From Fistulifera solaris (lineage: Eukaryota), in the NCBI GenBank assembly GCA_030295235.1, contig AP026131.1, positions 372,001 to 436,000 of the forward strand: DNA of 64,000 nt. The letters are read 5' to 3'. Numbering within the stretch: the first letter of the stretch is position 1; each line of letters begins with the position of its first letter. Both the position numbers and the translations under genes were made by a program. The notes under the pieces are model-generated. The model saw only the letters and a program-made list of their open reading frames with translations. It had not been told where the DNA came from and made no database searches. Shown piece by piece: positions 60,499 through 64,000 of this stretch.

Positions 60499-61306
60499 TT
60501 AACAACAATTAGGCGCCTTAGGAAGACCCGCCCCCGTGGATAGGTCGATGCCTTTCTTTTCGTCTTTGTCACTGCCGCTCGCAACTCTTTGCCGAATCAG
60601 CTCTCCTGCCATGGTCAAGAACGCTTCCTCGACATTCTTTGCCGATTTCGCCGACGTTTCTATGTATGGAATGCCCAGCTCCGCGGCGAATTCCTGAGCC
60701 TGTTCTGTCGTCACTACTCGATCCGCTGTTCGATCGGATTTGTTTCCGACCAGCAATTTGACTGTACCTTCCGCAGCATAACGATTGACTTCTTTCAGCC
60801 AGTCATTGACATGGTCAAACGATTCGGTGCTTGTAACATCGAACACCATAATGATGCCATCTGCTCCGCGATAATAAGCAGAAGTAATGGTACGGAAGCG
60901 CTCTTGTCCAGCCGTGTCCCAAATCTGGAGTTTCACTGTCTTCTTGTCGAGTTTTACCGTGCGAAACCGGAAGTCAACGCCAATTGTACTAATATACGAT
61001 TCCGTGAACGCATCGTCCTACAATCAGAAGAGAAAACGAGTTGAGAAGGAGCGCGAAAAATTGCTAGCCCGCGCCCAGCGATGATGTAACGATCATAGAA
61101 TTCTATTTTCTATTTCGCAAGAATTAAAACAGGCCGCCGCGAACCAGGTAACAAACGAAAGGGTCGTCATTGTTCATTGTTGCGTAATGTCTACTCACCG
61201 CAAAGCGAAGTAACAGGCACGACTTTCCCACACCGCTGTCACCGATCAAAACAAGCTTGAAAAGATAGTCATAATCTCGTTGTTTGGAAGTGGATCCAGG
61301 AGCCAT
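60499..61306 (-). CDS. RAB1: Rab1/Ypt1 GTPase; intron ~61018-61198
   Basis: [53 protein letters not shown] and C-terminal CC. Confidence 0.97.
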
Positions 61307-61643
61307 GATGATAGATTTTGCTTTAAGTAGATCTGTTTTTCTCGTGCATTTGGAAAGGAGGTCGTCGAATAATAGCATACAAGTACCTGTACCAGGTACT
61401 GTAGCGGCGCGTTTGCCTTTGCGTTTGCGTTTGCGCGCACCGCTCTCGTACTGGTAATAAGGTTACAACAGGGAAGGGAACGTCCAACGGAAACTGAAGC
61501 TGGTTTTTTCTTAGTGATACTAAAGTTATATGCTCTGTAATGTTAGTTTAAGAAAGTTTGGAAACCATTCCGACGTGTAATTGTTTAAGTGTGAAGAGTC
61601 TTTAGTTCTACTGTATGAGCCATGTGTGATGTGTGGTACCGGT

Positions 61644-61697
61644 GTATAGCCCAAAGTGTATGCCACCTTCGCCACGACTGCTTTTCATCAGTCATGA
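61644..61697 (+). promoter_or_regulatory. Bipartite motif copy 5
   Basis: GGTACCGGT-GTATAGCCCAAAGTGT..CCACGACTGCTTTTCATCAGTCATGA, ~340 bp upstream of Rab1. Confidence 0.5.
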
Positions 61698-62147
61698 ATC
61701 ATTTTTCGAGCCGAATAGCTAACTGCCACCTGTTCGTAGGATGCATTGGTAGACTAATTAGATTCTAGTACTTACCTCTATAACCAACATTCGCGTTATA
61801 AATTTCAGTACCACCGTCGACAACTGAACCACATCCGTTTGAGAACGGTCTAATCAAGTTCCTTAAGCTTTGCGTCGAGATCGAATTTTCCGCCATCACG
61901 GTCAATTCTAAAGTAAAGATTGCAGATCGCAGATGCATAATTAATTGTCCGTCGCCGCACATATTGTTGCCTAAAAGCGAAAAATGCTTGGGCGCACGAA
62001 AATTTTTATTCAGCTGCAAATTAGAAGCAAACGGACGAGGGCCGGCAACGTCCAACATAATATAACTTCATCTACGATGAAATAGTTCTTGAAAACATAT
62101 TGTTCGAAACTAGCTAAATTTGACCATGGAATCAATAGATTTTTCGC

Positions 62148-64000
62148 TTATTTCGGTTGAGGCGGCGTCCATACAAATGTTTCTGGAGGTACTGTCTCAC
62201 CTTCGGGCTCGTCAGCTGGACTTCTCAAAGTTTCAAGCTCGTCATCTTCTTGAGTGGACGTATCTTTCAAAATAATCACACCCATCGGTGTTGCCGTCGG
62301 GCGGACAGGCTGGTAGCGTTGTTCAAGATCGTACTGGCAAACTAGGGATTGTGAAGCAGTGATGCGTGAAGGATTGCTCACTCGGAACTCTGATGGCTGG
62401 GGTACCTTGCGCTCAGCTTCCGCTTTGTTTTCGACAACTTCTTCTTTTGCATCGTCTTCCTTGATTTCTTCTTCTTTGGGAGCGTCGACGTCCATTTCCT
62501 CGCCATAGATCCCCAACTTAACTCTTTTCCTAGCCAAACGAGCCTTTTCTTTCGCGGTGGTGGACAGAGTAACTGTCTCAACTCGTTTCTTTTTTCTCCT
62601 CTTTCTTCTCTTCCATTTTCTTCGGATAAGCGAATGCACTAGGTTTCGACTTGCACACAATGCTAAATTTCTTAGGATATTGAAAGTTGGAATTCAAACC
62701 GATCGTGTAAGTCGGAGTGAGCGCTAAACTCCAAAAGTGCATCATAGGAAACCAGTGCCAGTGCTGCAACCATAAACAAAGCCCCACCGCACTCGTCATT
62801 TTGTTAAATCCCAGGCGAGAACCGAGTTTCAAAGCACAATTTCTTCCGCCGGTGTCGATGATACCAATCGACATGATCGCACCCATTTTGGTCATCGTGC
62901 TTTGATGCTTTTCTCCCACAATCGAGAACAGCTTCTCCCTGAAAGCACGAGTTTTCTTCGAGTCGCTGCACTGCATGTAAATCATCGCAGTGCCCATCAG
63001 CGCTCCTTGACGCACATAGTCTGTCATGTCATCTAACATGGGTTCGAGTAGTGCGATGCTCTCTGGATTTCCAGTACCAGCCATAGCTATACCAACGGCC
63101 ATACAACTCGCATATCGAACGTGAGGATTGAATGACTCCAAAAGTAGTTTCACAAGCTCTGGTACTCGACCAGGCGTCTTGTATAAAACGAAAGAAAGAC
63201 CTAAGACAGCAGCCATGCGCACATCGTCACTGACGTCGCTGACGGCAGTGTGCAATAGAATTCGGACGGCCTTGTTGCTTCCAGTCCCACAATATGCCAT
63301 CGCCAATGCATACTGAGCACCATATCGCATGATGGGATCGCGGTCACTGCGCATCTCTTCGATACATGCGTCAGCATTCTCTTCCTGACCGAAATTGATA
63401 AGCGCAAGCCCCATGGCAATTCCACGAATGATCTTTTCGTGCTGTGTTTCTCGCGCGTAATTTTTGAGTTCCGCAACCAACTCCGAAAATTCTTCCGAAA
63501 GCTTGCTGTTAGGATTTCCAGCTCCAGTGCCGACTAGCACGAGTCCCAAACTAATTCCAGCAGCTTCACCGGAAACGGCAGAGTCCGTGTCGAGCAACTC
63601 CTTGAGTTCTTTGCAGATGACAAGGTCAGCAGAGCCCATCGCAGTTAAACCGACGCCCAACGCAGCTCCATGACTTTGAACCTCGTTTGCGTGAGAAGTT
63701 CTAAGATGCCCCCGGATGTATTGTAAGGACTCGTGGCGCTTAGCGGCAGATGTTCCTGGCTGGGCGTGAATTAGACCCAGTGCATACAAACTACCACCCT
63801 CAGCGAATCCCCCGGCAGTGCTTACTTCTCCTTGTCCTTCTTCGGGAAGATAAGGCTGAAGCAAATGCATGGCTTCGGTGATATGACCAGAATGCACAAC
63901 TCCCAGGGACGCAGTTGCCGAAAATTTCGCCCTAGCAAAGGCATGAGCGATCAGAAATTTGATCAACGTCCAAAGAACATACTTTCATGAGCACTTACCA
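62148..64000 (-). CDS. PSMD1: 26S proteasome regulatory subunit RPN2/PSMD1 (3' part; runs off the window); frameshift near 62600
   Basis: AKFSATASLGVVH, PC repeats, TQHEKIIRG, VSDVSDDVR, FNPHVRY and GGRN; intron ~63931-63997. Confidence 0.95.

Noticed and set aside
61765..62058. Short intergenic ORFs or gene relics (also ~22300-22700, ~23940-24220, ~37020-37280)
   Set aside because: No recognisable motifs; cannot be supported without a homology search.

Overview
Gene-dense eukaryotic nuclear DNA with short GT-AG introns and bipartite plastid-type presequences, most consistent with a pennate diatom (inference). It carries about 30 mostly housekeeping genes, including TFIIE-alpha, DGAT2, NCBP1, SKA1, GGT, COG2, DLD, IscA, a SAPS protein, a CRT-like transporter, a multicopper oxidase, Rab1 and RPN2. 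Many contain single-base frameshifts that look like consensus errors. The most interesting structure is intergenic. (1) A fixed-spacing ~52-55 bp bipartite motif (ACTAT..CAAAGTG-N14-17-CAYGACTG-N5-CAGTCATGA) occurs at five sites, mostly upstream of genes, and is also the shared core of three otherwise divergent 200-227 bp tandem arrays. (2) A second repeat family built on the CCAGAAWWTCTGG dyad forms 34-bp and ~205-bp arrays upstream of other genes. (3) There is a tRNA-headed SINE-like element with direct repeats, two tiny MITE-like inserts with target-site duplications, and a decayed inverted-repeat element. (4) One gene encodes a predicted surface 2OG-Fe oxygenase/Cys-rich/DOMON/GPI fusion protein. 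No CRISPR array or rRNA gene was seen.
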